DNA of 64,000 nt, taken from the NCBI GenBank assembly GCA_965223325.1, contig CBDCWI010000002.1:416001-480000 (forward strand), given 5' to 3'. A program made the translations under genes and the position numbers. A model generated the notes under the pieces. It searched no databases, had not been told where the DNA came from, and worked only from the letters and a program-made list of their open reading frames with translations. Below are positions 19,521-29,232 of this stretch, piece by piece. How positions within the stretch are numbered: the stretch's first letter is position 1; each line of letters opens with the position of its first letter. This DNA is from Candidatus Multivoradales bacterium (GTDB taxonomy: Bacteria; Acidobacteriota; Thermoanaerobaculia; Multivoradales; Multivoraceae).

Positions 19521-19636
19521 GTTGAGGGCCTCAGGAGTTTAAACAGCGCCAGAGCGCCACCGGAGCCGGCACCTACGTACGGTCGGCCAGCTGCCTCCCC
19601 GATCTTATGCGCACCCTGTCCGAGCTGCAGGTAGAC

Positions 19637-20839
19637 CTACTCGAAGCAGTAGACGACTCCGTCCAGACTCGCGATCACCAGCTTCTTCGCCGCCACTGCC
19701 GGGCTCGAGACAATCGCTGAACCGGTCTCGAACTTCCAGACTGGCTCGCCGGTTGCGGCGTCGAGGGCGAACACCTCGCCGGTCTTGCTGCCGGCAAAGA
19801 TCCGGTCGCCCACCACGACCGGCGACGAGTCGATGCGGGCGCCGCTGTTCCAGGTCCACCGTGCCTTGCCGGTCTCACGGTCCAGGAGGTGAATCATCTT
19901 GTCGCGGCCACCGATCACCGCGTACTCCTCCGTCACCGCCGCCGAGGCGTAGTACGGGAACTTGCGCTCGGGATGCTCATAGCGCCACAGAACGCGGTGC
20001 TTGTCGAGATCGACTGCCAGGACTTCGTTTTCGTAGGTACCGACGTAGGCGACACCATCACGAATCGCCGGTGAGCTCGGCGCCTGTCCACCGAGATCGA
20101 CCTTGGCAATCGTCGAGCCATCGTCAATGTTGATCAACCAAAGGTAACCGTCGCACCCGGAGACCGTCGTCGTTCGGCCGACAATTGCCGGTACGGCGTG
20201 CACGTAGCCGTCTGTTTCGACCTTCCAGGCAAGGGAGCCGTCGTTGCGCTCGAGGCTGTAGAGCGAATTGTCGTAGGAACCGATCAAGAGACGATCGTCG
20301 TAGAAGGTCGCCGACGACAGAATCTCGGCCATGGTCTCGAAGGTCCACAGCTGGTTGCCGGTGGCCGCATCGACGGCATGGAGAAACCCATACTCGTCGC
20401 CGACATAGACCACTCCTTCGAAGATCGAAGGCGTCGCCTTGATGGGGTTTTGGGCGTTGTACTTCCACAGTTCGCGACCGTCGTCGAGCGACAGCGCCCA
20501 GAGGTAGCCGTCGTAGTCACCGATATAGACGACCCCGTCGTCGATGATCGCCGATCCCTCGATGTCCGCGGCGAGATCTTTGGTCCACTTGACCTTCAGG
20601 TCGAAGGCCAGCTCACTGGCGGCGACTCCCGACATCGACAGATCGCCTCGCACCAGTGGCCAGGAGTCGGGCGCGACGGCGCCGAGACGCTCGCTCGCCT
20701 TGTCGTTGGAAGCGGCGCCGGCACCCGCGAGGAGTCCCACAGTGAGCGCCAGGATGAGAGCCCGACGCAGGCTACGTGGCGCCTTGGAGTTCTGTAATTC
20801 AGTACCCGCCGGACGGACCGGCCATTTCCTCGTTCGCAC
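19637..20839 (-). CDS. PQQ-like (BamB-type) beta-propeller repeat protein, secreted
   Basis: WPLVRGD, regular repeats VYIG.YDG.L.AL...G..LW; GTG start at 20839 with GGAG RBS (start uncertain, ORF open to 20884). Confidence 0.85.
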   Translation of the reverse strand: MRTRKWPVRPAGTELQNSKAPRSLRRALILALTVGLLAGAGAASNDKASERLGAVAPDSWPLVRGDLSMSGVAASELAFDLKVKWTKDLAADIEGSAIIDDGVVYIGDYDGYLWALSLDDGRELWKYNAQNPIKATPSIFEGVVYVGDEYGFLHAVDAATGNQLWTFETMAEILSSATFYDDRLLIGSYDNSLYSLERNDGSLAWKVETDGYVHAVPAIVGRTTTVSGCDGYLWLINIDDGSTIAKVDLGGQAPSSPAIRDGVAYVGTYENEVLAVDLDKHRVLWRYEHPERKFPYYASAAVTEEYAVIGGRDKMIHLLDRETGKARWTWNSGARIDSSPVVVGDRIFAGSKTGEVFALDAATGEPVWKFETGSAIVSSPAVAAKKLVIASLDGVVYCFE

Positions 20840-20971
20840 TCTAATGCTCCAGTAGGGGCCCGCGATCGCTACCGTGATCGCCATGGCCAGAAGGGGATTG
20901 CAGATTGTACGTGAGCGACTGGGGTTGGAGATTTCAGCCGGATTTTCAGTCGAGATTGCAAACTCCAGGGC

Positions 20972-22138
20972 TCAGAGGCACTGGCGGTAGAGCTCGCGCA
21001 GCGCCTGGGCGTCGACCGGGCGCGGATTGAAGCTGCCGGTCCACTGCTCGGCCGCTGCCTGCGCCAGCTCCGGGAGTTCACTCTCCTCAAACCCAACTTC
21101 CTGCAGGCTGCCAGGTATTCCGGCGGCCGCGGCGAACGCTTCCATGCGTGCCGCCAGCTCAGCCGGGCCCGCAACCTGCTCGAGCTCGGCGTAGCGTTCG
21201 GCCACCACTTCGGTCTCACCGTTCCAACGGACGACCGCCGGAAGAACGATCGACACGGCGATGCCATGCGTCACGTCTCGCACCGCCGTTAGAGGGTTCG
21301 CCAGGGCGTGCGCCGCGCCGAGCATCGAAGCCTCGACGGCTGCACCCGAGAAATAGGCACCGACCTGCATCTCCTGCCAGTCCGCGGGAGCGGCGTCACC
21401 GGCCAAGACAGTCTCGAAGTGCCCCGAAAGCCGCTCCCAGGCGGCCCGCGACCACATGCGAGAGAACGGATTGGCGGGTTTGCTGACCAGGCTCTCGACG
21501 GCATGCGAGAGAGCGTCCAGGCCCGTCACTGCGATCACCTCACGCGGAGCAGTCCGCGCCAACAGCGGGTCGAGCAGCACGTGACCGAAGCGGGCCTTTT
21601 GATCGCCGCAGGCCATCTTGCGATGGTCGCGCGCTCGCGAGATCAAAGCGTATGACTGTGCCTCGCTACCGGTCCCTGCGGTCGACGGCACACCGATCGA
21701 CGGCAGCATGGGGAGACTCGCCTTGCCATAGCCGAGGTAGTCCTCCATTCGGCCGCCGTTGGTGAGCAGGAAGTTGATGCCCTTGGCGCAGTCCATCGAG
21801 CTCCCGCCACCGAGACCTACCAGGAGATCGGCCGAGGCCTTGCGCGCCGCCTCGACGCCCGCCGCAACGTGCTTCTCCGTCGGGTTCTCACGCACCCCGT
21901 CGAAGACGACCGCCGCGAGCCCGGCCGCTGCAAGCGACTGCAAGGCTCGTTCGACATGGCCGGCGCGCTCGATCCCCGGGTCAGTGACCACCAGGACCCG
22001 CGAGCCACCGAGCCTCTTGGCACACTCACCGAGCGTGTCGGCTACACCGGCACCACACGAGATGCGCGCCGCGCGCAGCTCGGCGGTCCAGACAGAGGGC
22101 CCCTCCGGGCCTCGGCTTTCCTCTCGCTCATCGACCAC
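20972..22138 (-). CDS. Iron-containing alcohol dehydrogenase
   Basis: VVTDPG, GLGGGSSMDCAK, PSTAGTGSE, DALSHAVES, GAAHALANPL...HG. Confidence 0.92.
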   Translation of the reverse strand: MVDEREESRGPEGPSVWTAELRAARISCGAGVADTLGECAKRLGGSRVLVVTDPGIERAGHVERALQSLAAAGLAAVVFDGVRENPTEKHVAAGVEAARKASADLLVGLGGGSSMDCAKGINFLLTNGGRMEDYLGYGKASLPMLPSIGVPSTAGTGSEAQSYALISRARDHRKMACGDQKARFGHVLLDPLLARTAPREVIAVTGLDALSHAVESLVSKPANPFSRMWSRAAWERLSGHFETVLAGDAAPADWQEMQVGAYFSGAAVEASMLGAAHALANPLTAVRDVTHGIAVSIVLPAVVRWNGETEVVAERYAELEQVAGPAELAARMEAFAAAAGIPGSLQEVGFEESELPELAQAAAEQWTGSFNPRPVDAQALRELYRQCL

Positions 22139-22214
22139 CGCTGGTTCTTACCACGGGTGACACCGCACCGCGAGTGAGGCGGGCCAAAGAATCTCGCCGA
22201 GGGACGAGCGCCCT

Positions 22215-22571
22215 TCAGCGGCGGATCAGGAGATCCTTGTTGGTTTTCCCGGCTGCCAGGGCATCCTTGTACCACTGCGGGCGTCGACCACGCCCCGACC
22301 ACGTCTGGGAGCGGTCGGCCGGATTGCAGAACTTGGGAGGAAGTTTTCCGCGGCGTGCACCCCTCTTCTTGAGGCGGGGCGGTCCGGTCTTTTCGATGCT
22401 GAAAAGCGACTCGACGGTCTCCCCGACGTTGGCAGCGATCTTGCGAATTTCGCGCTTTGCTGCGGTGCGTTCGGCGCGTTTTCGCCGCCCGAGCTCGCCT
22501 TTGAGTTGGTTGAGTCGGCGCTCTAGTTCCTTGGTACTGACTTCTTCCATGATGTTCTCTCGGACCAGCAT
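22215..22571 (-). CDS. hns: H-NS family nucleoid-associated protein
   Basis: N-terminal coiled coil, basic linker, C-terminal PKFCNP...TWSGRGRRPQW DNA-binding motif; start 22571 (GGAGG upstream) or 22550. Confidence 0.85.
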   Translation of the reverse strand: MLVRENIMEEVSTKELERRLNQLKGELGRRKRAERTAAKREIRKIAANVGETVESLFSIEKTGPPRLKKRGARRGKLPPKFCNPADRSQTWSGRGRRPQWYKDALAAGKTNKDLLIRR

Positions 22572-22912
22572 CGACCTCAGGCCTCCCCGATGCTGCTTCA
22601 TTGATGTTTGACTAGGTGAAGATGGAAGCTGATCGATCTCGGTCGCTGATGGTACCGCTCGGGTCGAGCGGGGTGCCGAACCGGGACCCGCGAAGGGCTC
22701 GAGCCTCAGAAGCCCAGGCTTGAAAAGCTCAGGTCTGAGCAATCCGCGGCCATTGGCGATCTGGGGCCCTTGCAATCAAGCGCTGGAGTGGAGCGCCTTT
22801 CCTTTTCAGAAGAACTGCACACTACCCAATTTTCGGCGCCAGCGGTATCGCACGAGCCGCATGGCGCCAGAATGGCCAGGAATGGCGAGCACAGGCTGCT
22901 AAGGTCCCGTGC

Positions 22913-25165
22913 GTGTCACGTCCCTCGAAGAATGGCGGTCAGACGACTACCGCGCCGCCAGTCCTGCAGGTCGCGCCGGGAAGAGAGGGAGGCCTGGGCA
23001 CTTTTGGGGGCGTGTTCACCCCCTCGATTCTGACGATCCTGGGCGTCATCATGTACCTGCGCTTCGGCTGGGTACTGGCCAATGTCGGCCTCGCCGGAAC
23101 TCTCTTGATCGTCACCCTGGCGACGACGATCACGTTCCTGACGGCGCTCTCGATCTCCGAGATCGCGACCGACCAGCGGGTGCGGGGCGGCGGCGCCTAC
23201 TACATGATCAGCCGCTCGCTCGGCGTAGAAACCGGCGGAGCGGTCGGCCTACCGCTCTACGTCGCACTGACCCTGTCGATCGCGCTCTACACGGTCGGCT
23301 TCGCCGAAGCCGTGGTCGAGGTCTTTCCGCAACTTGATGCCCGTTGGGTCGGTCTCATCACGACTGTGCTGGTCGCTGGGCTCGCTCTCACTTCGGCGCG
23401 AGCTGCGATTCGCGCACAGTACTTCATCATGGCGGCCATCGCGCTCTCGCTCCTGGCTCTCGTTTTCGGCCAGCACCTGCCGGGTGAACCGCTGGGGCTG
23501 AGCGCTGGCCCCGCCGAGAACGCGGCACCCTTCTGGGTTGTGTTCGCAGTCTTTTTCCCTGCCGTCACCGGCATCATGTCGGGTGTCAACATGTCGGGCG
23601 ACCTCAAAGACCCGGGGCGCTCGATTCCATTCGGCACCCTGGCCGCCGTCGGCGTGGGCTACCTCATCTACATGGGGCTTCCGATTCTTCTCGCGACGCG
23701 CGCCAGCCAGGAGGCCCTGCTCGAAGAGCCGCTGGTCATGCGGCAGATGGCCGCCTGGGGTCCGGCGATCGTGCTCGGCGTCTGGGGCGCCACCCTATCG
23801 AGCGCCGTTGGAAGCATGCTGGGAGCCCCGCGGGTGTTGCAGGCGCTGGCGCGCGACGGGGTTCTGCCGCGCGGCCTGGACTGGCTGGGGCGTGGCAGCG
23901 GAACCGAAGACGAGCCACGCAACGGCACCGTCCTGACGCTCGCGATCGCGCTCGGCGCTGTTGCGATTGGCGACCTCAACATGATTGCCCCGGTCTTGAC
24001 CATGTTCTTCCTGACCACCTACGGGGTGCTCAACGTGGTCGCCGGTGTCGAGAGGTTCCTCGGTAGCCCCTCGTTCAGGCCGCAGTTTCGCGTTCACTGG
24101 GGCCTATCGATTCTCGGCGCCATCGGCTGCGCCGGTGTCATGCTCTTGATCAACCCCTTAGCGACCGGAATCGCCGGCGTCGTCGTGCTGGCGATCTTCG
24201 TCTGGCTCGAGCGTCGCGAGATGACCACGGCCTGGGGTGACGTGAGGCGCGGCGTTTGGATGGCGATCACGCGCGCCGGCCTCCTACGGTTGCGCGATCC
24301 GGTCGACGCCAAGAACTGGCGGCCGCACATGCTCGTCTTGTCGGGTGCACCAACCAAACGCTGGCACTTGATCGAGCTCGCCCGCGACCTGGGACATGCC
24401 AAGGGCCTGATCACCGTCGCGACAGTTCTTCCTCAGAAGGCACTCGAAGCCGATCGCCAGATCGCCCTCGAGTCGACCATTCGCGACTACATCGAGAAAC
24501 GTGGTGTCACCGCCCTGGTGCGGGTGGTGCCCGGCGAGGATCCCTTCATCGGCGGCGAGATGCTGGCGCAGTACTACGGGTTGGGCTCGATCGTCCCCAA
24601 CACCGTCATTCTCGGTGGCAGCGCCGAAAGCGACCATCGCCAGCGCTACTGCGAGATGATCAGCCGCTTCCATCAGGCGCAACGCAACGTCGTCCTGGTC
24701 CACGGCGGCGACGGGGGGCTCGTTCGCGGCCGGCGCCGAATCGACGTCTGGTGGGGTGGTCTGCAGAGAAACGGCGGCTTGATGACCGTGCTCGCGTACC
24801 TACTCCAGACCAGCCGCCCCTGGCGCAACGCCGAAGTCCATCTCAAGATGGTCGTCCAGGACGAACGAGCCGCCGACGGCTGTCGCAGCAATCTTGCCAC
24901 CCTGGTCGCCCGTGCCCGCACCGGCGCCCAGATCCAGGTGATCGTCGCCGAGGGGCGTCCCTTCGGTGACATCCTGCGCGAGGAGTCGGCCGGCGCCGAC
25001 GTCGTTTTTCTCGGTCTCGCCAAACCCGACCCCGACGACATGGCCGCCTTCACCGAGTACTACGCGCAGCTCATCGGGCGCATCGCTCCCCTGCCGACCA
25101 CCCTCATGGTGCTCGCGGCTGAAGACCTGGCCTTCGGCGAGGTCCTCCTCGAGCAGGACTTCTAG
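22913..25165 (+). CDS. SLC12/cation-chloride cotransporter-like amino acid permease-family protein
   Basis: LGTFGGVFTPSILTILGVIMYLRFGW, GGAYYMISRSLG, FAVFFPAVTGIMSG.NMSGDL.DP, KNWRPHMLV, IDVWW cytoplasmic domain. Confidence 0.88.
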   Translation: MSRPSKNGGQTTTAPPVLQVAPGREGGLGTFGGVFTPSILTILGVIMYLRFGWVLANVGLAGTLLIVTLATTITFLTALSISEIATDQRVRGGGAYYMISRSLGVETGGAVGLPLYVALTLSIALYTVGFAEAVVEVFPQLDARWVGLITTVLVAGLALTSARAAIRAQYFIMAAIALSLLALVFGQHLPGEPLGLSAGPAENAAPFWVVFAVFFPAVTGIMSGVNMSGDLKDPGRSIPFGTLAAVGVGYLIYMGLPILLATRASQEALLEEPLVMRQMAAWGPAIVLGVWGATLSSAVGSMLGAPRVLQALARDGVLPRGLDWLGRGSGTEDEPRNGTVLTLAIALGAVAIGDLNMIAPVLTMFFLTTYGVLNVVAGVERFLGSPSFRPQFRVHWGLSILGAIGCAGVMLLINPLATGIAGVVVLAIFVWLERREMTTAWGDVRRGVWMAITRAGLLRLRDPVDAKNWRPHMLVLSGAPTKRWHLIELARDLGHAKGLITVATVLPQKALEADRQIALESTIRDYIEKRGVTALVRVVPGEDPFIGGEMLAQYYGLGSIVPNTVILGGSAESDHRQRYCEMISRFHQAQRNVVLVHGGDGGLVRGRRRIDVWWGGLQRNGGLMTVLAYLLQTSRPWRNAEVHLKMVVQDERAADGCRSNLATLVARARTGAQIQVIVAEGRPFGDILREESAGADVVFLGLAKPDPDDMAAFTEYYAQLIGRIAPLPTTLMVLAAEDLAFGEVLLEQDF

Positions 25166-25202
25166 TCGGATCGCGGTTGTTCGTTGGGGTCCGGGCCTCG
25201 GC

Positions 25203-26702
25203 CTACTGGCTACCGGCACCCTCTTCGATTGCGAACAGCGAAGCACGCGTCGCGATGTACATCACACCGCCTTCGGCCACCGGTGTGGTGTAGATGGCAC
25301 GTCCCATGTTCTGCTCTGCCAGGACCTTTTCTTCCTTGCCGGTGGCGAGAACCACGATGTCGCCGTCCTCGTCGCCGAGATAGATCTTGCCGTCGGCAAC
25401 GAAAGGTGAGCCCCAGACCGCCGCGAAGGTGTCGTGCACCCAGAGTTCCTTGCCGGTTTCGGCATCGAGTGCGTAGAGGAATCCTGAGAGATCGGTGATG
25501 TAGACGACTCCGTCATGGATGGCGGCAGTCGAGATCGTCCGGTTGAAGGCGTCACCACCGACATGGAAAACGGCCGCCGTGTCGGTCACGTCTCCCTCCT
25601 GGGTCGCATCAAGAGCGTAGAAATGGCCTTCGCCCTCACCGTGCTCGGGATCCTGGCCGACACCAACGTAGAAGCGGTTCTTGTAGAACACCGGTGTCGA
25701 GATGACGTTGTTGCGAGTTCCAGCACCGCCAAGCTCCCACACCGAGTCTTTGGGGTTCATATCGAACTTCCACAGCAACTTGCCGGTGAGCGGCGCGTAG
25801 ACGTACAGCCACCCGTCGCCACCCGGGAAGGCAACCTGGCCAACTCCGTTGACGTCACCGTAGGCGGCGTTCGACCAGGTACCGTGGAGGATGTTGTCGC
25901 CCGGGTCGGCCGACTCCCACACCAGCTTGCCGGTGTTCTTGTTGATCGCCACGAAGCTCGGGCCCGCCGGTGACGGAATGTTGACGTGGCCCTCGTCGAC
26001 ACCGTTGCCTGTGGTCACGTAGAGAATGTCGCCGACCACGAGGGGCGAGCTGGCCGCGAGGTTGTGCGGAAAGACGTCGAGCTCGCCGATGAGATCGAAC
26101 GTCCACAGGATGTCAGCGTCGCGCTCGGTCTTGTACTGCTCGTCGGTGAACGGGCCGTCGTTCTCTCCGTCATGGAACCCATTGGTGTCGACGGCCACGA
26201 CTTCGGCGCGATTCGACAGGTACCAGGCGACTTCCCCTTCGATGTAGGGCGTCGAGCAGACCCCCTGTAACGGCCAATCGTTGACCCGCCCGGCGGGCAG
26301 CTTGTCGTGAGTGGCTTGCCAGAGCAATCTGCCGGTCTCAGCGTCGAACGCCAAGACGACACCTTTGTCACCTTCAATCCCTGAGATGAGGTTGCCCTCG
26401 TTGTTCGTGCCGACGTAGACCTTGCCGTCGTAGACCACCGGACCGGCGTAGGTCTGCGAGCCGAGCTTGGTTTCCCACTTGATGTTCTTGCCGCTTTCGA
26501 CGTCCCATTCGGTCGCCAGGCCGGTCTCGTCGGAGACCATGTTGCGACCGGGGCTACCGCCGAAGATGCCGTACTCCTTGTCCGGGTCCTCGGCGACAAG
26601 GCCGGGCACCCAGATGCTTGCCACCAACAGGAGAAGGCCAGCTACGGCCAACGCGAGACGCGCCGACCTACGAGTCGAAGAATGTGGTTGACGGTGGAGC
26701 AT
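25203..26702 (-). CDS. PQQ-like beta-propeller protein, secreted
   Basis: Signal peptide; GGSPGRNMV, W..KLGSQTYAGPVV, repeated YALDA.TG..LW blades; acidic insert DTNGFHDGENDGPFTDE. Confidence 0.85.
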   Translation of the reverse strand: MLHRQPHSSTRRSARLALAVAGLLLLVASIWVPGLVAEDPDKEYGIFGGSPGRNMVSDETGLATEWDVESGKNIKWETKLGSQTYAGPVVYDGKVYVGTNNEGNLISGIEGDKGVVLAFDAETGRLLWQATHDKLPAGRVNDWPLQGVCSTPYIEGEVAWYLSNRAEVVAVDTNGFHDGENDGPFTDEQYKTERDADILWTFDLIGELDVFPHNLAASSPLVVGDILYVTTGNGVDEGHVNIPSPAGPSFVAINKNTGKLVWESADPGDNILHGTWSNAAYGDVNGVGQVAFPGGDGWLYVYAPLTGKLLWKFDMNPKDSVWELGGAGTRNNVISTPVFYKNRFYVGVGQDPEHGEGEGHFYALDATQEGDVTDTAAVFHVGGDAFNRTISTAAIHDGVVYITDLSGFLYALDAETGKELWVHDTFAAVWGSPFVADGKIYLGDEDGDIVVLATGKEEKVLAEQNMGRAIYTTPVAEGGVMYIATRASLFAIEEGAGSQ

Positions 26703-26770
26703 GGGGAGTTCCTTGTTGTCTCTTGGGTTGAAGCGAAGAACCGGTTCGTTGGTGGCCAGTTCGGGGTCAC

Positions 26771-29023
26771 TCAGTTTGGGGTCACGGTGACGTTGTCAAA
26801 CGCGACCGGCGCCGGCGAGTAGCCCTGGAGGCCGGGGGTTCCGTAACGGTTGGGCATTGGGTCTTCGGCGGTAATGGTCCACTCCGCGGGCTCACTCTCG
26901 CCCCGTTTCCAGACCTTGCCCAGAACTCGACCACCGCTGTCGTGGGCTTCAACCCGCAGCTTCAAGGTGTACCAGGCGTCGACGTCCCACTCGAAAGGAA
27001 TCGTCACTGCCATCCGCTTGACCGCCGACCAGGTCCGCAGCTCGAGCTTCTGACCGTTGCCTAGCAGGTCGAGAAAGTAGCCCTGGTTGACCAGGCCGAC
27101 GTCGGTCATGCGGCGACCGGCCTGCCCGCCCCGCACGTCGGCCTGCACGGTGTAGTTCGACAGATAGGGCGTTCCCAGGAACAAGTTGGAGCGTAAGAGA
27201 CCGGCCTCGGCGACCGGCTTCTCAAGCATCTTGCCGCCTGAAGGCCCATCGACGACCTGGTAGCGGCCCAGTCCCAGCCAGTAGGGCCGGCCACGACCGG
27301 TGATGTCATCGAAATCCTCGCTCCATGGAAGCGGCGGGAAGACCCGTACGCGCCCGGTGACTTCGTGACCAGCCACTCTGACCTTGACGACGCCCGCACT
27401 CGCCGCGCTCTCGGCGGGCACCGTGAGCTTGCCGCTCGCACTGTTCCCGGTGACCGCGCCGGGCAGGCCTTCGAGCGACCAGCTCGCCTCGCCCGCTGGC
27501 TCGAGGCGACGCCCGACCTCGTTGAAGACACGCACCTCGTAGTCGACGCTCTCGCCGGTTCCCGCAATGGTCTCCGCCGGCAACAGCAACACCTGGGCAA
27601 CGTCATCGGAACCACGCTTCTCCGCCGGCTGCGGCGGCGCCGCCGACTCGCGCACCTCGAAGGCCCGGCCTTCCTCTGCCAGAGCGTAGATTCCTTCTTC
27701 GGTGGTGAAGTAGACGCGGCCGTAGGCAACTGCCGGCGAGCCGTAGATCTCAGCGTAGCGTGAGCGACGGCCTTCCTTGATCTCGACGTACTCGCGGTCC
27801 AGCACTTCGGCCGCGTCGCCCTTGTCCTCGAGAATCCAGAACAGGCCGTTGACCTCGGTGACGTAGAGCTTGCCGTCGGCCCACACCGGAGCCGCCTTCC
27901 CCACCGTCCCGAGTTCGGTCTCCCAGATCGTCTCGCCGCCGTTCAGGTCGAGCGCCATCAGGTTGGCCGAGTTGTCCATCACGTAGAGACGCCCCTCGTG
28001 CTCGAGTGGCGACGGGAAACCCATCTTGATGTCGCGGCGCCACTTCTCGTGCGTTTTCGTCACATCGCCGCTGCCGGTGGCATCGATCGCCACCAGCCGA
28101 CCGAGGGTCGCTTCGTCGACGTTCTCTTCCGAATGGCCGATGATCACCGTCTCGCCCACCACGATGGGCGAGCTGTTGATACCGCGCTTGGAGAGCTCGA
28201 AGCTCCAGATCTTCTTGCCGGTTCGTGCCTGCAACGCGTAGATGTGCCCGTCGGCGTTACCGGTGATCAGCATGCGCTGACCATCGATCACGGCGCTGGT
28301 GATGTTCGAGGACGTGTTGCGGTCGTAGGGGAAACCACCCGGGGTCGAAATCCATACCAGGCGGCCGTCTCCCTTGTCGAAGGCGTAGTAGCGATGGGTC
28401 GGGCGACCGAGCGGCCCCCACGAGGAGTTGATGTTGCTGACGATGAGCAGGTCTTCGTCGATGATTGGGCTCTGGGTGCGCCCGCCGTAGCCCGAGAAGC
28501 GACCGAACTCCTCAGACATCAGGTGCTCCCACACCAACTCGCCGTCGCGATCGTAGGCAACGACCGGCCCGGCAACGCCCTGCGCGTACACAAGGCCAGT
28601 TTCGGGGTCGACGATGGGACCGGCCCAGCCGGCCCGGTTGTACGGAACTGTCGTGAGCTGAGTCGTCAAGGTGCGCTCCCACAGCGGTTCTCCGGTTTCG
28701 GCATCGAAGGCGGCGAGAACTTCTCGGCGCGTGTTGCCTTCGCCGGCCCGACCCGTGGTGAACAGCCGCCCGCGGTGAATCACCGGCGTTGCACGGCCGA
28801 TGAAGTCGGTGCGCCAGGCCAGGTTCTCGCCGTCTTGTGACCACGACGACGGGAGGCCTGTCTCAGCGGACACGCCGCGCTGCGTCGGTCCCCGCCAGGA
28901 AGTCCAGTCGCCCGCGGTCGCGAGCTCGGGTAGAACCAGGAGCGCCAGCGCGAAGCAACCGCCAACGGCGGCCATGAACGAAGCGGTAGCGCTCGAGGCG
29001 TTCGGTCTCGAGAAGGTCAACAT
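26771..29023 (-). CDS. PQQ-like beta-propeller protein with C-terminal Ig-like and concanavalin/DUF1080-like domains
   Basis: AGGAG RBS before ATG 29023; signal peptide, DWTSWRGP, propeller blades, C-terminal WSEDF...WYTLKLRV...VAFDNVTV jelly-roll pattern. Confidence 0.82.
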   Translation of the reverse strand: MLTFSRPNASSATASFMAAVGGCFALALLVLPELATAGDWTSWRGPTQRGVSAETGLPSSWSQDGENLAWRTDFIGRATPVIHRGRLFTTGRAGEGNTRREVLAAFDAETGEPLWERTLTTQLTTVPYNRAGWAGPIVDPETGLVYAQGVAGPVVAYDRDGELVWEHLMSEEFGRFSGYGGRTQSPIIDEDLLIVSNINSSWGPLGRPTHRYYAFDKGDGRLVWISTPGGFPYDRNTSSNITSAVIDGQRMLITGNADGHIYALQARTGKKIWSFELSKRGINSSPIVVGETVIIGHSEENVDEATLGRLVAIDATGSGDVTKTHEKWRRDIKMGFPSPLEHEGRLYVMDNSANLMALDLNGGETIWETELGTVGKAAPVWADGKLYVTEVNGLFWILEDKGDAAEVLDREYVEIKEGRRSRYAEIYGSPAVAYGRVYFTTEEGIYALAEEGRAFEVRESAAPPQPAEKRGSDDVAQVLLLPAETIAGTGESVDYEVRVFNEVGRRLEPAGEASWSLEGLPGAVTGNSASGKLTVPAESAASAGVVKVRVAGHEVTGRVRVFPPLPWSEDFDDITGRGRPYWLGLGRYQVVDGPSGGKMLEKPVAEAGLLRSNLFLGTPYLSNYTVQADVRGGQAGRRMTDVGLVNQGYFLDLLGNGQKLELRTWSAVKRMAVTIPFEWDVDAWYTLKLRVEAHDSGGRVLGKVWKRGESEPAEWTITAEDPMPNRYGTPGLQGYSPAPVAFDNVTVTPN

Positions 29024-29232
29024 TCTGGTCACTCCTGTGGGAACCGGCGCCTGGGAGGGCGAGCGCCTGATTCTGAGCCTTCGGTACTTGGTTGGGATGA
29101 GAGCGTTGGGTCTGAGGGGTGCTCGGAAGGGATTCTCGGCCTCGAGCGCCTTTCGTACCATGGGTGCAGGCGCGGCGGGACTGAGTCCGCCCTGAAAGCG
29201 CTCCCTGAAACGCGTGCGGCCGCCGGTGAATT

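Noticed and set aside
16861-19636. RiPP precursor peptide for the radical SAM/halogenase pair
   Set aside because: No SPASM/RRE features and no credible short ORF with RBS in the adjacent gaps
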